DNA of 45,856 nt from Macrostomum lignano (lineage: Eukaryota). Of the stretch, positions 33,408-45,500 are shown in pieces (positions within the stretch are counted from its first letter, which is position 1; every line of letters begins with the position of its first letter). A program made the translations under genes and the position numbers. The stretch lies in assembly GCA_002269645.1 (NCBI GenBank), contig NIVC01004439.1, positions 1 through 45,856 of the forward strand. Reading direction: 5' to 3'. Below the pieces are notes generated by a model that made no database searches, was not told the origin of the DNA, and worked only from the letters and a program-made list of their open reading frames with translations.

Positions 33408-34006
33408 CAATAGTTTCAGGTTCGTAAATGCCTAATGTTTCTATAGGTGGAGCTTTGGGTTTATCGAGTCTCAACTCTTTTAATTCCATATCGGTAAAAG
33501 TTTCAACATCTAAAATTCTATTTCTATCTTTTAAATATTTTTCATATAATTCAACCGCGGTTGATAATTCATGAATCGTTATCTCTCCGTCATCCAATAT
33601 TTTTTGCACATATAAATATAATTGATTTTTATATTGCTTGCAACATCTCTTAAAGATTTATATTTTTCCTTTCTTTTTTTAAGATATAATTTAATTGCTA
33701 AAAGTATTGATAAGTTCTGATCAATTCAAAACCTGATATTGAGCCAATTGAAATACCTAAAAATAATTGAGATAAATTAAGAGTTGGAATAGATTGTAAA
33801 ATACCTAAAACGATTACACATAACATTGATAAGCTTCCAAATCCAATATTGAAAAAATCCATATTTCTTATATGGTTTGAAACTCTTCTTACTTTTTTAG
33901 CATATAAATCATAATCATAATTTATTCGATCAACATTACTTAACATCTGACCTTTACGTTGGTTGAACCGGTCGCGTTCCCATTTATCTGCTTCAGATAC
34001 CGACAT
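33301..34006 (-). CDS. Two-TM membrane protein (copy 2; frameshifted)
   Basis: Fragments 33698-34006 and 33301-33609 match 11032-11688. Confidence 0.6.
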
Positions 34007-34319
34007 TCTCGTCTATTTTTAATAGCACCAAAATGAATTCCCCACGCTCTTTGGGGATTTGTCCCGAGCTTAATAGGTATTGTATTGGAGTTATTCTTTC
34101 TTTTTTCTCCCATTTAAATCCTATTTTCCAAAACTCTTGAAGTATAATATGATTTTTTAATAACTTAATTAATTCTTGAAGCTTCTTATTATCCTGAACA
34201 TTTACAGTACTAAATAAAAATTTGGTATGAGATTTGAATGTTTTTATATTTGATTCTTGTTTAGGAATAGGAATAATAACATTATTTTGCCGCATCGATG
34301 GAGTTCTACTAAAAGCCAT
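33993..34319 (-). CDS. 108-aa hypothetical protein (copy 2)
   Basis: Matches 11675-11998. Confidence 0.5.
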   Translation of the reverse strand: MAFSRTPSMRQNNVIIPIPKQESNIKTFKSHTKFLFSTVNVQDNKKLQELIKLLKNHIILQEFWKIGFKWEKKERITPIQYLLSSGQIPKERGEFILVLLKIDENVGI

Positions 34320-34334
34320 TTTATATAGAAATAT

Positions 34335-36377
34335 TTAAGGTATTTCGGTTTGTGGCCGTTCCAAATATGCGGTCGCAGCAAAATCATATCCTGCTGATGT
34401 GCTACCACAAACGGCTGCACCACGAATAAAATGTGCGGCATCTGCTCCTCCAGTTCGAGCACCAAAACCCATAAGAGTTCCCGTTTTATCTAAATCTCCC
34501 CAAGTTCCACTATCATATGTAAAAAAGTTTTGCCCAATTAGCGTATATGTATTAGCTGATACATTGTATGTGCTTATTTGATACCAAACTCTTTGATTTA
34601 AAATATTAATTTCAAAAAGATGCCAATCGCCGTTATCAATATTAGCATAGGTTATAGTTTGATCTGCGTCATTAAGAACATCATTACGAGCTGTTGCACC
34701 GTCTGATTTTATATTGCTCCAAACAACCCCAACTCTATCATGCCATTCACTCGCAAACACAATCAAGCCGGCGCGGGTTGTTAACCCGGATCCAAATTCA
34801 CTTGTTGGACGTTCGTGACAATATGCATAAAACCAAACCGCATCAGCACCATCTCCTGTAGCATTAGCAACTCGGAAATAGAAGGAGGCGGAGATATTAC
34901 GAAAATGGGTGAAATTAAATTGCAACGCTCCAGACTGACCACTTGCTTCATCAGTAATTCTAGCTCCATTTTGATAATCAATATAAGTAGCGCTACCAAC
35001 AAAACTTCCAGTTGGAAAAATATCACCGGCTGTGGTTGGGTTTTGATATCCAGTCCAATTGCAAATTACAGGCTCGTACAAAGCGGCATCGATTGCAGGT
35101 ATTCCATCCAATTTTATTTTATCGTTAAAAGACATTCGGCCATCCGCCGTTTGTGTTACTCGCGTATCAACATAACCTTTAGTAACAACAGAACTGTTAT
35201 TGTTTATAGTAGAGATATTAGTAATTGTATTACCTCCCATATCAATTGATTGATTAACCACTCCCAAATTTAAATCAAGAATTGTAAACGTCTGTCTATA
35301 AATCTGGAAGGTTGACAGACCCGGGTTGGTTGAACCCGAGTTGATGTAAGACAGAACAATCTGAAATATGAATATGTTTTATCAAAATTTTGTGTGACAT
35401 TAATTGTTTGAGTTGAGTTATTTATTGCTACAGAACTATCCGCAGGTATTAATACGTCCCAACTTGTATTGTCATTACTTCCCTCAAATCGCCATGATGC
35501 TGGGTGCTCGGTTGAAGGTGATGGCCTACCACGTAAATCAATTTTATAACACATTATTGCGGAAGGGCATTGGACTTGAATCCAATAATCGGTTTGAGTA
35601 TTATTTGTTGCCCAATCTGTTGAATCATTTCCATCAAACGCTTTCCAACTTGCAAAATCAGTTGTATTAAATGCAGTGCTTGCGGTTATTGCAAAACCAT
35701 TTCCACTCCAATCTGCCATGGTAGGTATGTGACCAGTTTCAACCGTTTGGAATCGATCTGTTTTGGGGCTCCACCCCAACTAAATTATCAACCTCCGTTT
35801 TGGTATAGGAATCAGTTATATCTCTTTTTAAATTTAAGGAATTATCAACTTCAGTTTTGCTATAAGAATCAGTTATATCTCTTTTTAAATTTAGGGAATT
35901 ATCAACTTCGGTTTTGGTATAGGAATCAGTTATATCTCTTTTTAAATTTAGGGAATTATCAACTTCAGTTTTGGTATAGGAATCAGCAACATTCCGTTTT
36001 AAATTTAGGGAATTATCAACTTCGGTTTTGGTATAAGAATCGGCCGTATTGCGTTTTAAATTTAATGAATCATCTATTTGAGTTCGAGAATAAGAATCAG
36101 TTATATCTCTTTTTAAATTTAACCCATTGTCAACCTCTGTTTTTGTATATGAATCGGCTACGTTCCGTTTTAAATTTAGGGAATTATCTATTTGAGTTTT
36201 GGTATAGGAATCTGCAACATTTCTTTTTAAATTTAGTTTAGTATCAACTTCACTTTTTTTATAACCTTCATCTTCATTAATATATCGGTTATCTCCGAAT
36301 GTAACACTTATTCCACCAGAAGTACCACCACCAGTACTTGATGTTCCGTTCCATGAGGGTGTTCCAGAAAATAACAT
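34335..36377 (-). CDS. Fibre-like protein (copy 2): repeats, a different discoidin-like domain, and the lectin-like domain; three fragments
   Basis: YTKTEVDN repeats (35739-36377); FASWKAFDGNDSTDWAT...YWIQVQCP...WRFEGSNDNTSW (35270-35779); lectin-like domain (34335-35267). Confidence 0.7.
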
Positions 36378-36387
36378 TTTTTACTGT

Positions 36388-36827
36388 CTATTTTATAGAG
36401 TCTAAAATCATCTTAAATACTTCGGGGTTTACACGAGCTTCATTCGAAAGTCGATATAAAAAATACAACGCCGCTTGCCCGCAATAACTTTTATCAAAGT
36501 TTGAAATTGTTCGTGATGATCTCCACATAAACGATTTTTAGTATGATTAAATTTATCTTTTATTTCCTGTAACGGAGGAAGCGCGTATGAATCAAAAAAA
36601 TAAACAAGTTTTGGTTTTGAATAAACTGCTGACCAATGAACACCATTTTCTTTTGTTGTTTCAATATTAACAATGAAACATCCATATTGTGGTAAGTCTT
36701 TTATCTCATCCCGCATAACACATCTGAATGGTTTTATTTTTAACTGCCTCGCCCAATTTGTTAATTCGATATTGCTTGTTGTGTCCGTTCCATATCTTTG
36801 TTTAAAATCATCCCACGTCATGGTCAT
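36388..36827 (-). CDS. Adenain-type protease (copy 2; same frameshift)
   Basis: NGVHW, FFDSY and SYCG in the adjacent frame. Confidence 0.9.
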
Positions 36828-36828
36828 T

Positions 36829-37035
36829 TTATGTTCCTGAAAAACTCTTGGTTTTAGTTAGTTTCGTAGGTGTGGGTTTTAACAATTCCTTTCTTATTTT
36901 ATCAGCTTGTAACTGCCTTAATTTTGCTAGTTCTAGTTCGTAATTATCTTCAGCTTTTTTAACTTTTTCTGATTGTTTTTTTATTAAATTATTATTATCG
37001 TGCTTTGCACGCGAACATGTTGTTCGATTACCCAT
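36829..37035 (-). CDS. Small coiled-coil protein (copy 2)
   Basis: MGNRTT...KSFSGT. Confidence 0.45.
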   Translation of the reverse strand: MGNRTTCSRAKHDNNNLIKKQSEKVKKAEDNYELELAKLRQLQADKIRKELLKPTPTKLTKTKSFSGT

Positions 37036-37079
37036 TTTTACTATAGGAAACGGACAAAGTCCGTGAACCAAAGGTTCGA

Positions 37080-37863
37080 TCAAACCTGTTTTATACGTAA
37101 AATTATTGTTATTGATTGCCCACCAAAACTTATTAATCTATCGCTTTCATCTACAATCCTAATATAAATTGATTGAACATTATATTGATTTAATGGGTAA
37201 TATATTGGGGTTTGGGTGAACAATCATTTTCTCTCCAATTGGAACAGCAAGAAATGGGATTGAATAAATAATTCCACGTTGAACCAAAACTCCGTTATTA
37301 TCTGTTATATAACCACCGTTTGAAATGTCGGTTGTTATATTAATTGTATTTACTCCACCCTCTATATTTCCAACTGTATCACCGGTGCTTGATGTGGTAA
37401 CTATTCGGGAATTAAATCCAAGTATGGTTCTGAGTGAATTTGCAATTGTGAAATCAACCTGATATCCGGATCCTAGTGATAGTGTGAATCTGCCAGACGG
37501 TAAATCAACACCTATAACAATTGCTCCTGCTACCCAATCACCATTAGTTGTTAATTCTCCTTCTATATAAGCATTCAAATCAGTATAGCTATACGCTCCT
37601 GGGTTAACGCTAAATGTTGTCCAATTGGCTCCGGAATCTTTAGAATATCTAAATTGATTATTTGTTGCATTAATTAATTGAGGCATGTTGAAAACCGAAA
37701 ATAGTATTAAACCTATTTGATAACTTAGGCTTTGATCAAGTTGTAATGGATCGCGCAATTGAATCCGTTGCTCGCTGGTTGTCATTATAAACTGTAATGT
37801 TGTACTAAATTTTGAATTAGTTCGATCTACCAATTGTTTTATAGTATTTAAATTTGTAGTCAT
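37080..37863 (-). CDS. Minor capsid protein/penton (copy 2)
   Basis: Matches 14734-15513. Confidence 0.85.
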
Positions 37864-38669
37864 TTTTATAGAAATCGTGCTATGTCTCTCTTCCTCATTA
37901 TCTTCTTTTATCAAATTTGTTAAAATTCTATGTTTCCTTTCTAACCTCGGATTGATATAAATATGTTTGTATTGGCTATCATCCCAAATTTTTTTACACA
38001 TACTTTTAAATGGTTTTGCATCCAACCGGATTAAATCTAGCGTGTATATTTTGTAATCATAATTATCTAAATCAAACATTACACAACAACTTGCATTCTT
38101 TTTTATAATCGATTCTAATTCTCTAAAGGATTGAGTAAGATAAAAAGCTCCAATTCCATCTCCTCTACCACTAACAAAAATTTCCTTTTGCAATTCTTGA
38201 TCACCGTCATTAATACAATCATCAAAAATAATTAGTGTTTTATCATGTTTTGGAATTTGATCATAGGCTAATCGGGTTGATACTCTAACAGTTGGGGCTC
38301 GATCGGACGAAGTCCGCGACCCTTCGGGGCGATCGGTGATGTTTTCTGGCTGTTGTGCCATTGTTTTACATAAATCCTCAATGTCTGCTAGATTAAATCG
38401 CGGTTCGTCATCATCCTCATATTGCTCATATGCTCTTAACATTCTAAACAAGACATCTTTTTTTAATTTGTTTTTTAATCCATGTTTAAGAAATTCATAA
38501 TATTTTATTCTAGGTTTATTAGTATAAATTATTAAATTATTATAGTCTAACATTCCATCTGTTGTTAATAAATCGTAAACAAAGTGTGTTTTTCCTTTAC
38601 CTGATCCTCCGATTACTAAACAAAGAAAAGGATCATTTGGAAATATTTATTGTGTTTTGCCTTTACCAT
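37864..38669 (-). CDS. Packaging ATPase (copy 2)
   Basis: Walker A at ~38590-38615 (minus strand); LIIFDD; YLTQS. Confidence 0.9.
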
Positions 38670-38671
38670 TT

Positions 38672-40190
38672 TTAAAGAAATAATTTAAATAGGCGCGACG
38701 GTCGGAGACCTGCGCTTACAGGGCGACGTGCGTCCCGAACAATCGTGCCATCAGCTTTAGCAATTGACATATATTCCTCTAGAAACAATACGTGGGCGTC
38801 AAGTGCCTGATTACCGGTTTTATTAATCTCTAACATATAATTAAGTCCAATATTGGCTACGTTTTCTTTCTGTGCCGTTAGATCATAAACAACCACTGGA
38901 TGAATGTTTAGAAACTCTGTGGGTGTGTACTGAGGGACGGCATACGCTTCATTTTTGCATAATCTTGATAATATTTTATAAAATCATTAACATTATTATT
39001 TGCTATATTTAAATTTAGGGGTCTTTAACCGGATAATATTGATCATCAACCTGCAGGCGGATATTCTGAACATTAAACTCGTTAATAGCTGCAGCCGCAT
39101 TGTCTGTTGCGGTGGCTGCTTGTTCTGCTATGGCACCGGATTGAAGCCAATATAAATCCCCATTTGCTCTTTTACTCCTTCTATTTGTTATCTTAAACCA
39201 AACAAAAATATATCTCACCCGACGTTTTGATGTCAGTATTTGCCACTGGAATGAATCCTGGTTATTATTAATGGTTCGCATAAAATGTCGACGATTCAAA
39301 TAAAATATTTCCTGATCATGCGTTAACTGATTATCGATGTGTTTTAAAAGTGGGGCTGTTACCTCAATAGTTGGTACGACTAATTGAATTGAATCTATAC
39401 GAACTGCTATATCGGTTGAAATTGAGGTTCCATAAAGTATCCTAGGCTGATATCCACCAGATATTTGCAACTGTATCCCAAATTTTAATCCTTTCCATAC
39501 CCGATTTGGTGAGAAAAACCCAAATAGTGGAAAGATTGAAAAGTCCTGCTCATATGCTGTTGCTGTGGTTAAAACCGCGACTGGGAATTTATTCTGACGA
39601 TCTATAAAACCAGTATTAATATCTTTTGTATTAGTCATAGTGGTTACAACTGGAACTATGTTTGTATTAAGGTAAACAATTAGCGCTGCAGTATCTGCAC
39701 CGGCTGCGTTTTGTACATTAGGGAAAACTACTGCTTGACCGTTACCTTTATCCGGCATCCACCCAACATTATCACCAACTTGTTTTGATAAATAAGTATA
39801 ATTTAAATGTTTCAAAACTCCATTAATCTCTGCGGGGTTTGATGATGTCTCAACCTCAGCACCATTAACAGTTAGTTGAGCTTGGGAAAAACATTTATAA
39901 AACCAATCATTTTCTATTATTATTCCGGATCGATCTGCGATATCTCCGGCTGCAAGAGCAGTTCCATCATTTCTAGTATACAACCATCTAACGCGGAAAA
40001 ACGCATTTTTCATATCCAATATAGTGTTGGTTGCGCCGATGTCAAAAGTTACCGTTCCAGTAGTAAAGTTATTTGAATTATCACTTGTTGGTAGGGTATA
40101 ATTTAAATCTCTTGCTCTGACCTCATTAATATACTGTCGGTGCTTTTTGAAATGAAATTTATCACTCCACATAGTTTTTGTTTCAGCCAT
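38672..40190 (-). CDS. Major capsid protein (copy 2)
   Basis: 391-aa intact N-terminal part plus a frameshifted C-terminus. Confidence 0.88.
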
Positions 40191-40224
40191 TTTTTTAAGT
40201 TAAAAAAGTTTTTTATGTTAAAAA

Positions 40225-40895
40225 ATGAGTCAATTTATGGACGTTGATGGAGAGTTAGCGATTTATAAAGAGAAGCAAAGATATTCTGATTTTGTTAGAA
40301 ATTTACAAAAAAGAAAGTTAGGAATACAATTAGCTGGTGAAAGATTTGCTGCTCCTTTTGTTAATCCTATTACTGGGAAAATTAGTGAACTAGAAAAAAC
40401 AGATAAAGATCTTCTGGAAAAAATTGCTAAAAATACGGAGCCAAAAGAGGATGAAATTTTGGATGAGCCGCCTGCTTATGATGTTGATCAAGCTCAATTG
40501 AGAGTTGCAGAGATTAGGGCTGCAGAAAGGGGTGGAGTTGATGAATATCCGAGAGCTGCACCAACTAGTATTGCTGCGACAGATTTAGGTAATAATAATT
40601 ATCGAATTGGTGGAGTTGATAAAAATCGAGATGAACTATATAGAGAATTGGGCGGAGCATATAATATTGTTATGAACCCTAGGGTAAAATTTAACCCTGA
40701 ATTATATACTAGGGATGAATTAGTAAGTGCAAAAATTTTTTATGATGAGTTGGAGTAAGAGCTGTTAAAAATACCAGCTTGTATAAAAGGATTGTTAATT
40801 CTATAAATAACAAACCAGCTGTTGGAGAAGGATTTAAAACACCGCGAAAACTTGTTTTAGCTGCTGCGAAAGCTGCTGGACATACTGGAGTTTAA
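40225..40895 (+). CDS. ~220-aa conserved Polinton protein (copy 2)
   Basis: Matches 17864-18528, with a locally divergent segment at ~40500-40570. Confidence 0.6.
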
Positions 40896-40922
40896 TTAAT
40901 TGTTAAATTTATTTTTTATAAA

Positions 40923-41510
40923 ATGGAAACTAAAAAGATTTGTATAAGTGTAAACAAGAAAAACCAATGACGAAAGAATTTTATTTTTGGAGAAATGATT
41001 CAAAAAAATTTAGAAATGATTGTCGATCTTGTCATAATACCTCATCTACTATTTGGATAAAAACAATAAAGATAAATAATGAATATAGAAAAAAAAGTAT
41101 CACACTGATGATAATTACAAACATATTGTTTTAATTAGAAATAGAATAAATTGGGCGTTGAAAAATTTTAATGACAAGGACTATATCTCATATCTTGGTT
41201 GCACAAAAGAATTCTTTTTTGATTGGTTAAATTTCACAAGAAATTATTATGTTCAAAAGATTATACTGGAAATTTAGATATTGATCATTTCATTCCCGCT
41301 TCTTCATTTAGTTACAAAGACGATGATCAGATGAAAAAGTCTGAACATTGGACAAATAAAAGATACTTAACTAGCGTAGATAATAACTATAAAAAAGTTA
41401 AACAACCAACCATTGAAGAGTTTGCAAAACAATTGGTGCTATCATGTATTTTTAAGGCTATTAAAAATGAGCAATCATGCGACGATGCGAACCGAAGGTT
41501 CGACAATTAG
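40923..41510 (+). CDS. HNH endonuclease (copy 2; frameshifted)
   Basis: LDIDHFIPASSF...HWTNKRYLTSVDNNYK in one frame. Confidence 0.8.
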
Positions 41511-41623
41511 TATTTGAAGGAGGATTTTTAGATGTTCAAAAAGGATTAACAAGCTTACCACCAATATTTACTACTGGGAGGTATACGGGTGAGCTACACC
41601 TACCATCAATGAACTTCACAGGT
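41477..41623 (+). CDS. PLA2 exon 1 (copy 2, 49 aa)
   Basis: MRRCEPKVRQLVFEGGFLD...GELHLPSMNFTG. Confidence 0.85.
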
Positions 41624-41920
41624 TATCCCGTGGCCTGAGTGAGAAGCAATGTCTTGCTAGTCACTATTTGTGGCGATCTCCAAATTGCGTGAAACCCGTC
41701 ATACAGCTTCAAGTACCACTTCAATTGAGAAATCTTTTGAAGGAACAGAGGTAACTCCTCTTCCCAAAGGTAAAAGCTTGAAGACATGGTGGCAATGCGC
41801 AGCCAAGCTCCTAAGTATTTTAAATATAAGGAGAAGGTTCAGAGAGCAGACGGAGATGGGCGGTAATTATCGCCGCTTAAGGTGTGCTCCAGCCTCTTTC
41901 GAAAGATTGAGGGTAAACTA
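41624..41920 (+). ncRNA. Group I intron (copy 2, 297 nt)
   Basis: Same P/Q/R/S core; excision gives an exact in-frame GGT|CCC GGC ACT (G|PGT). Confidence 0.93.
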
Positions 41921-42259
41921 CCCGGCACTCGCTTAGATTTGAGATTAAATCCTGACAATACTCCAAAATCTGATTCAATTCCAATAAATGGGATTGATTG
42001 GTTAGCATACTATCACGACTTAGCATATAGAGATGCTGACAAGAACCCGCCCGAGGAAGCATTAAGATTAAAACATGAAGCCGATCAAAAAATGATTCAA
42101 GGATTAGATAACTTGCAGGGATTATCGGTAGGTCAAAAATTAACTAGGTGGATGGTTAAAAAGATCTTGCAGTCTAAAGTTAAATTTGGTTTGGGAATTA
42201 ATTATAATCAACATGGAAATAATTGTGTTGAGTGTTTGTTGTTAAGTGGCGGGGGTTAA
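41921..42259 (+). CDS. PLA2 exon 2 (copy 2), running into the linker toward the integrase
   Basis: PGTRLDL...YHDLAY...KVKFGLGINYNQHGNNCVECLLLSGGG. Confidence 0.88.
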   Translation, partial: PGTRLDLRLNPDNTPKSDSIPINGIDWLAYYHDLAYRDADKNPPEEALRLKHEADQKMIQGLDNLQGLSVGQKLTRWMVKKILQSKVKFGLGINYNQHGNNCVECLLLSGGG

Positions 42260-43062
42260 GTTCTGATGAGGCAAAGATTCTTCATAAAGAATATCGAAAA
42301 CCTAAATTTTATAGAAAAATCATGAACTTCAAAAAGAATGAAATTTGGTATGCTGATTTAATGTCGATGCCGAACGAAAGAGGATATAAATATATCTTAA
42401 CCATATTAGATGGTTTTACTCGATACGCGTGGGCTGTTCCTTTAAAATCCAAAAAGGGAGAGGAGGTTGCTGCTGCTTTTAGAAGTCTTGGAGAAAAAAG
42501 TGAAAGTTGTGTGTTGACGAAGGAAAAGAATTTTACAATCCTCATATGTATAAATTGTATCATTTTGAAAAAGGAAAAGAAAGGAAAAAAGACGCGAATG
42601 GGGAGTATATTAATAAAATTTATTCTATTTATGGAGAGAGTAAAAACGCATTAATAGAAAGATTTAATCGAACTTTAGGTAAGAAATTATGGTTTCAGTT
42701 TAGTCTTAATGGTAACCAAAAGTGGGTAAAAATATTACCAGACGTAGTGAAAGATTATAACAATTCATATCATTCGGCGATAAAGATGACTCCTCAACAA
42801 GCTTATAACAATCCTGAAAATGTTAGGGTTACTTTTGGAATTTGAAAAAAGAAAACTAAAGGTTTTAAGGTTGGTGATTCTGTTTATATCTATAAATGGA
42901 AAGATAAGTTTGAAAAGGAAGAAAAGGATATTGGAAGATAAGTGAGAAATTTACTATCAGTAAAGTTTTAAATACAATCCTACAACCTATATAATTGCTG
43001 ATAAGGACGGTGAAGAAATATTGGGTTCTTTTTATGAGAACCAGATAATATCTGCGAACTAA
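42232..43062 (+). CDS. rve integrase (copy 2; frameshifted)
   Basis: WYADL, ILDGFTRYAW, DEGKEF and IERFNRTL motifs. Confidence 0.93.
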
Positions 43063-43072
43063 GTTCAAACAG

Positions 43073-43297
43073 TTACTTAAGACAACATGGTAGTAAATTT
43101 TTTATTACAAACAAAAACAATATTATTACTATAATTGTTACTAATATTATTATTGACATTTGTTCAACTGTTATCAAACTTAAATTTTCATTAAGTTCAT
43201 TAATTGGAACATTTCCGATGTAGGAATAGTTTACCTTCATTTTTTTATATATATTTTTCACAATAAATGTCGTTTCTGTTATAGAATAATAGTTCAT
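43073..43297 (-). CDS. 74-aa single-TM protein (copy 2)
   Basis: Identical to 20677-20901. Confidence 0.55.
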   Translation of the reverse strand: MNYYSITETTFIVKNIYKKMKVNYSYIGNVPINELNENLSLITVEQMSIIILVTIIVIILFLFVIKNLLPCCLK

Positions 43298-43313
43298 TTT
43301 TTAAATATTTTTT

Positions 43314-43628
43314 TCACATAAAAATTTCACTTTCATTCTCTGAATCACTGGTTTCATATGAACTATTTGTTGATTCGGAATCTGTTGATCTAACCTCCCA
43401 ATCATCCGAATTTAAATAATCTCCAAGTTGAAATATTAACTCACCCTCTTGTTCTAAATCATACATCTCATCTAGCTCTAATGGATAAAGTTTTAGGTCG
43501 TGCTTGTCGTCATATTTTAAATAAACTTCATCAATTATTCCATTCAAAATATGTTGTTTTATTATCTCTGCATTTTTAGCAACAGTCTCAAAAGTATCAC
43601 TAACAGAAAAGGTGTAAACTCGGGTCAT
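43314..43628 (-). CDS. 104-aa acidic protein (copy 2)
   Basis: Identical to 20918-21232. Confidence 0.55.
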   Translation of the reverse strand: MTRVYTFSVSDTFETVAKNAEIIKQHILNGIIDEVYLKYDDKHDLKLYPLELDEMYDLEQEGELIFQLGDYLNSDDWEVRSTDSESTNSSYETSDSENESEIFM

Positions 43629-43645
43629 TTTTAGTAACAGAAAAA

Positions 43646-43951
43646 GACCCTTCGCGCCTGCGGCGCGGGCAAGGGGTTATAGAGTAGTAGTATAGAAAAA
43701 GACGCTTCTAGATCAGACCTTATTTTAATGGCCGTTTGTAAGGTCTTAAGAGGGGGGACGCGAGGGGGTGTTGGGGAGTGTTTGGAAGTGTTGGGAAGTG
43801 ATTTTTATTGTTAGGGGTGATTATGGGTGATTAGATGTATTAATGGTGTTTAGATGTGTTTTTTTATTTACCCCCCGTGTCCCCCCTCTAGACCCTTAAA
43901 ACGGTATTAAAAAAGTGCTCTGGGTCTAGAAGCGTCTTTTTATATACTACT
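43646..43951 (-). repeat. Right TIR of copy 2 (306 bp)
   Basis: Reverse complement of the left TIR; internal terminal 27-mer at 43686-43712. Confidence 0.95.
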
Positions 43952-43954
43952 TAC

Positions 43955-44424
43955 CAACGGTCGCAAAGCATGTCGATTCTCATCTCGGCTGCATCCATCG
44001 CATCGGCCATGATCACCAAGCCGGGCTCGCTGTCACACTTGGCCTTGCTCGGCTTCCAGAACTTAATTCCGGTACAGCTTGTACTTTGACAAAAGTCGTC
44101 GCCATAGCCAGAACACAGAGCGCAGCTCGGTTGGTCCTCGGTGGACGCAGTCGCGCACTTGCTTGCTGCACCGATCGAACACGAACAGCCGACAGACACG
44201 GGAGCTCGTAGCCGTCTCCATGGTGAACGCCTTGCACAGGGGCTCCGATCTGCACTGAATGGAGCAGTCGAGCTCGGTGCGAGCTCGCGGCATGACTTTG
44301 ACGAACTCGTCTCGGATGCACAGGAATCCTTCGATTGCGTTGAACTCGTCCATGTGGCAGGCGCTCCAACCGGCCGAGTAGCCAGCATGAGGCCGAGGAG
44401 TGTCCGGAGCAGAGCCGGCCACAT
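43955..44424 (-). CDS. Host exon: signal peptide, PAN/apple-like domain and Cys-rich segment (two apparent frameshifts); probable 5' part of the FReD gene
   Basis: MWPALLRTLLGLMLATRPVGA; LDCSIQCRSEPLCKAFTM...CRLF (PAN pattern); ends at TG|GTAAGT. Confidence 0.6.
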
Positions 44425-45006
44425 CGCTTTCAGGTGTCGAGTGATCTTTGGTAAGATATCGCTTGAAAGAGAAGATGCTACGTCGAGGTAGCAACGGGAA
44501 GTCCTGAGTTTTATGTCTAGCTTGCTCAATCAATTTATGTGCTTTCTGTGGGTTTCAAGGAGCTTGTCATGCAGGTGCTTGCAGATAGTTCCTAGTTTGG
44601 TGAGTGTTAACAACTGGTACGACCTGAACAGCCCTTCCAGGGAAGAGAATGTGAGCCATGAATTCTGGCTGCTTAAGTCCTTCAGTCCTGCCAGTCTTCA
44701 AGAATTTTTCCAGAATCCACTTCTTCTCATCCTATTGTTTTCAACTACTTGGTTTCCTCACAAAAATCAACGGCAGTCGTAATTTTTGGGCCAGACACCT
44801 TGCGTCTACGGCCTATGTGAACAAAATAGCGACAAGTGTAGCTGGTGGGCGAAAAATGTATCTGAAGTGAGCAGAAGAAGCGACAGGGTAAGCATTTGGC
44901 CAAGAGCCCTTGTTGACTCTGTAGAGAATACTTCTCTTGCAGTCTACAATCTGAGTGTCTGGAGTGGCTGTGGAGATGGAATCGAACTGATGTGCTCTGT
45001 CAACTG

Positions 45007-45392
45007 GTGTCTGGGAGCTGGTGCTCAATCTGAGTGTCTGGGAGGCTGGCTGCTCAATCTGAGCGTCTGGGAGGCTGGCTGCTCAGTCTGAGGATCTGGA
45101 GGCTGGCTGCTCAGTCTGAGTGTCTGGGAGGCTGGCTGCTCAATCTGAGTGTCTGGGAGGCTGGCTGCTCAATCTGAGGATCTGGGAGGCTGGCTGCTCA
45201 GTCTGAGTGTCTGGGAGGCTGGCTGCTCAATGTGTCTGGGAGGCTGGCTGCTCAATCTGAGTGTCTGGAGGCTGGCTGCTCATCTGAGTGTCTGGGAGGC
45301 TGGCTGCTGTCTGAGTGGCTGCTCAGTCTGAGGGGTTGGCAATCTGCTCAGTCTGAGTCTGGGAGGCTGGCTGCTCAGTCTGAGGATCTGGG
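45007..45392. repeat. ~29-bp GC-rich minisatellite, ~12 copies
   Basis: Unit CTGAGTGTCTGGGAGGCTGGCTGCTCAAT. Confidence 0.9.
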
Positions 45393-45500
45393 CCGACGCT
45401 GGCGTCCCGGATTCGGTCGGCGGCGTGGCGTTCGTTCACGACCTGGCCAGAATAGGCGCGCCCTGTGATACTGACTTCTAAAGATTCTGACAGTGAATTT

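Larger units (their letters stand above)
26245..43951 (+). mobile_element. Polinton/Maverick copy 2, 17.7 kb, with perfect 6-bp TSD TACCAA
   Basis: TACCAA at 26239-26244 and 43952-43957; AGTAGT/ACTACT ends; same gene order as copy 1. Confidence 0.97.

Noticed and set aside
37180-38553. 457-aa ATPase-penton fusion ORF in copy 2
   Set aside because: Copy 1 has a stop (15529-15531) between the two genes, and one extra base would restore a TAG in copy 2; most likely an indel artefact.
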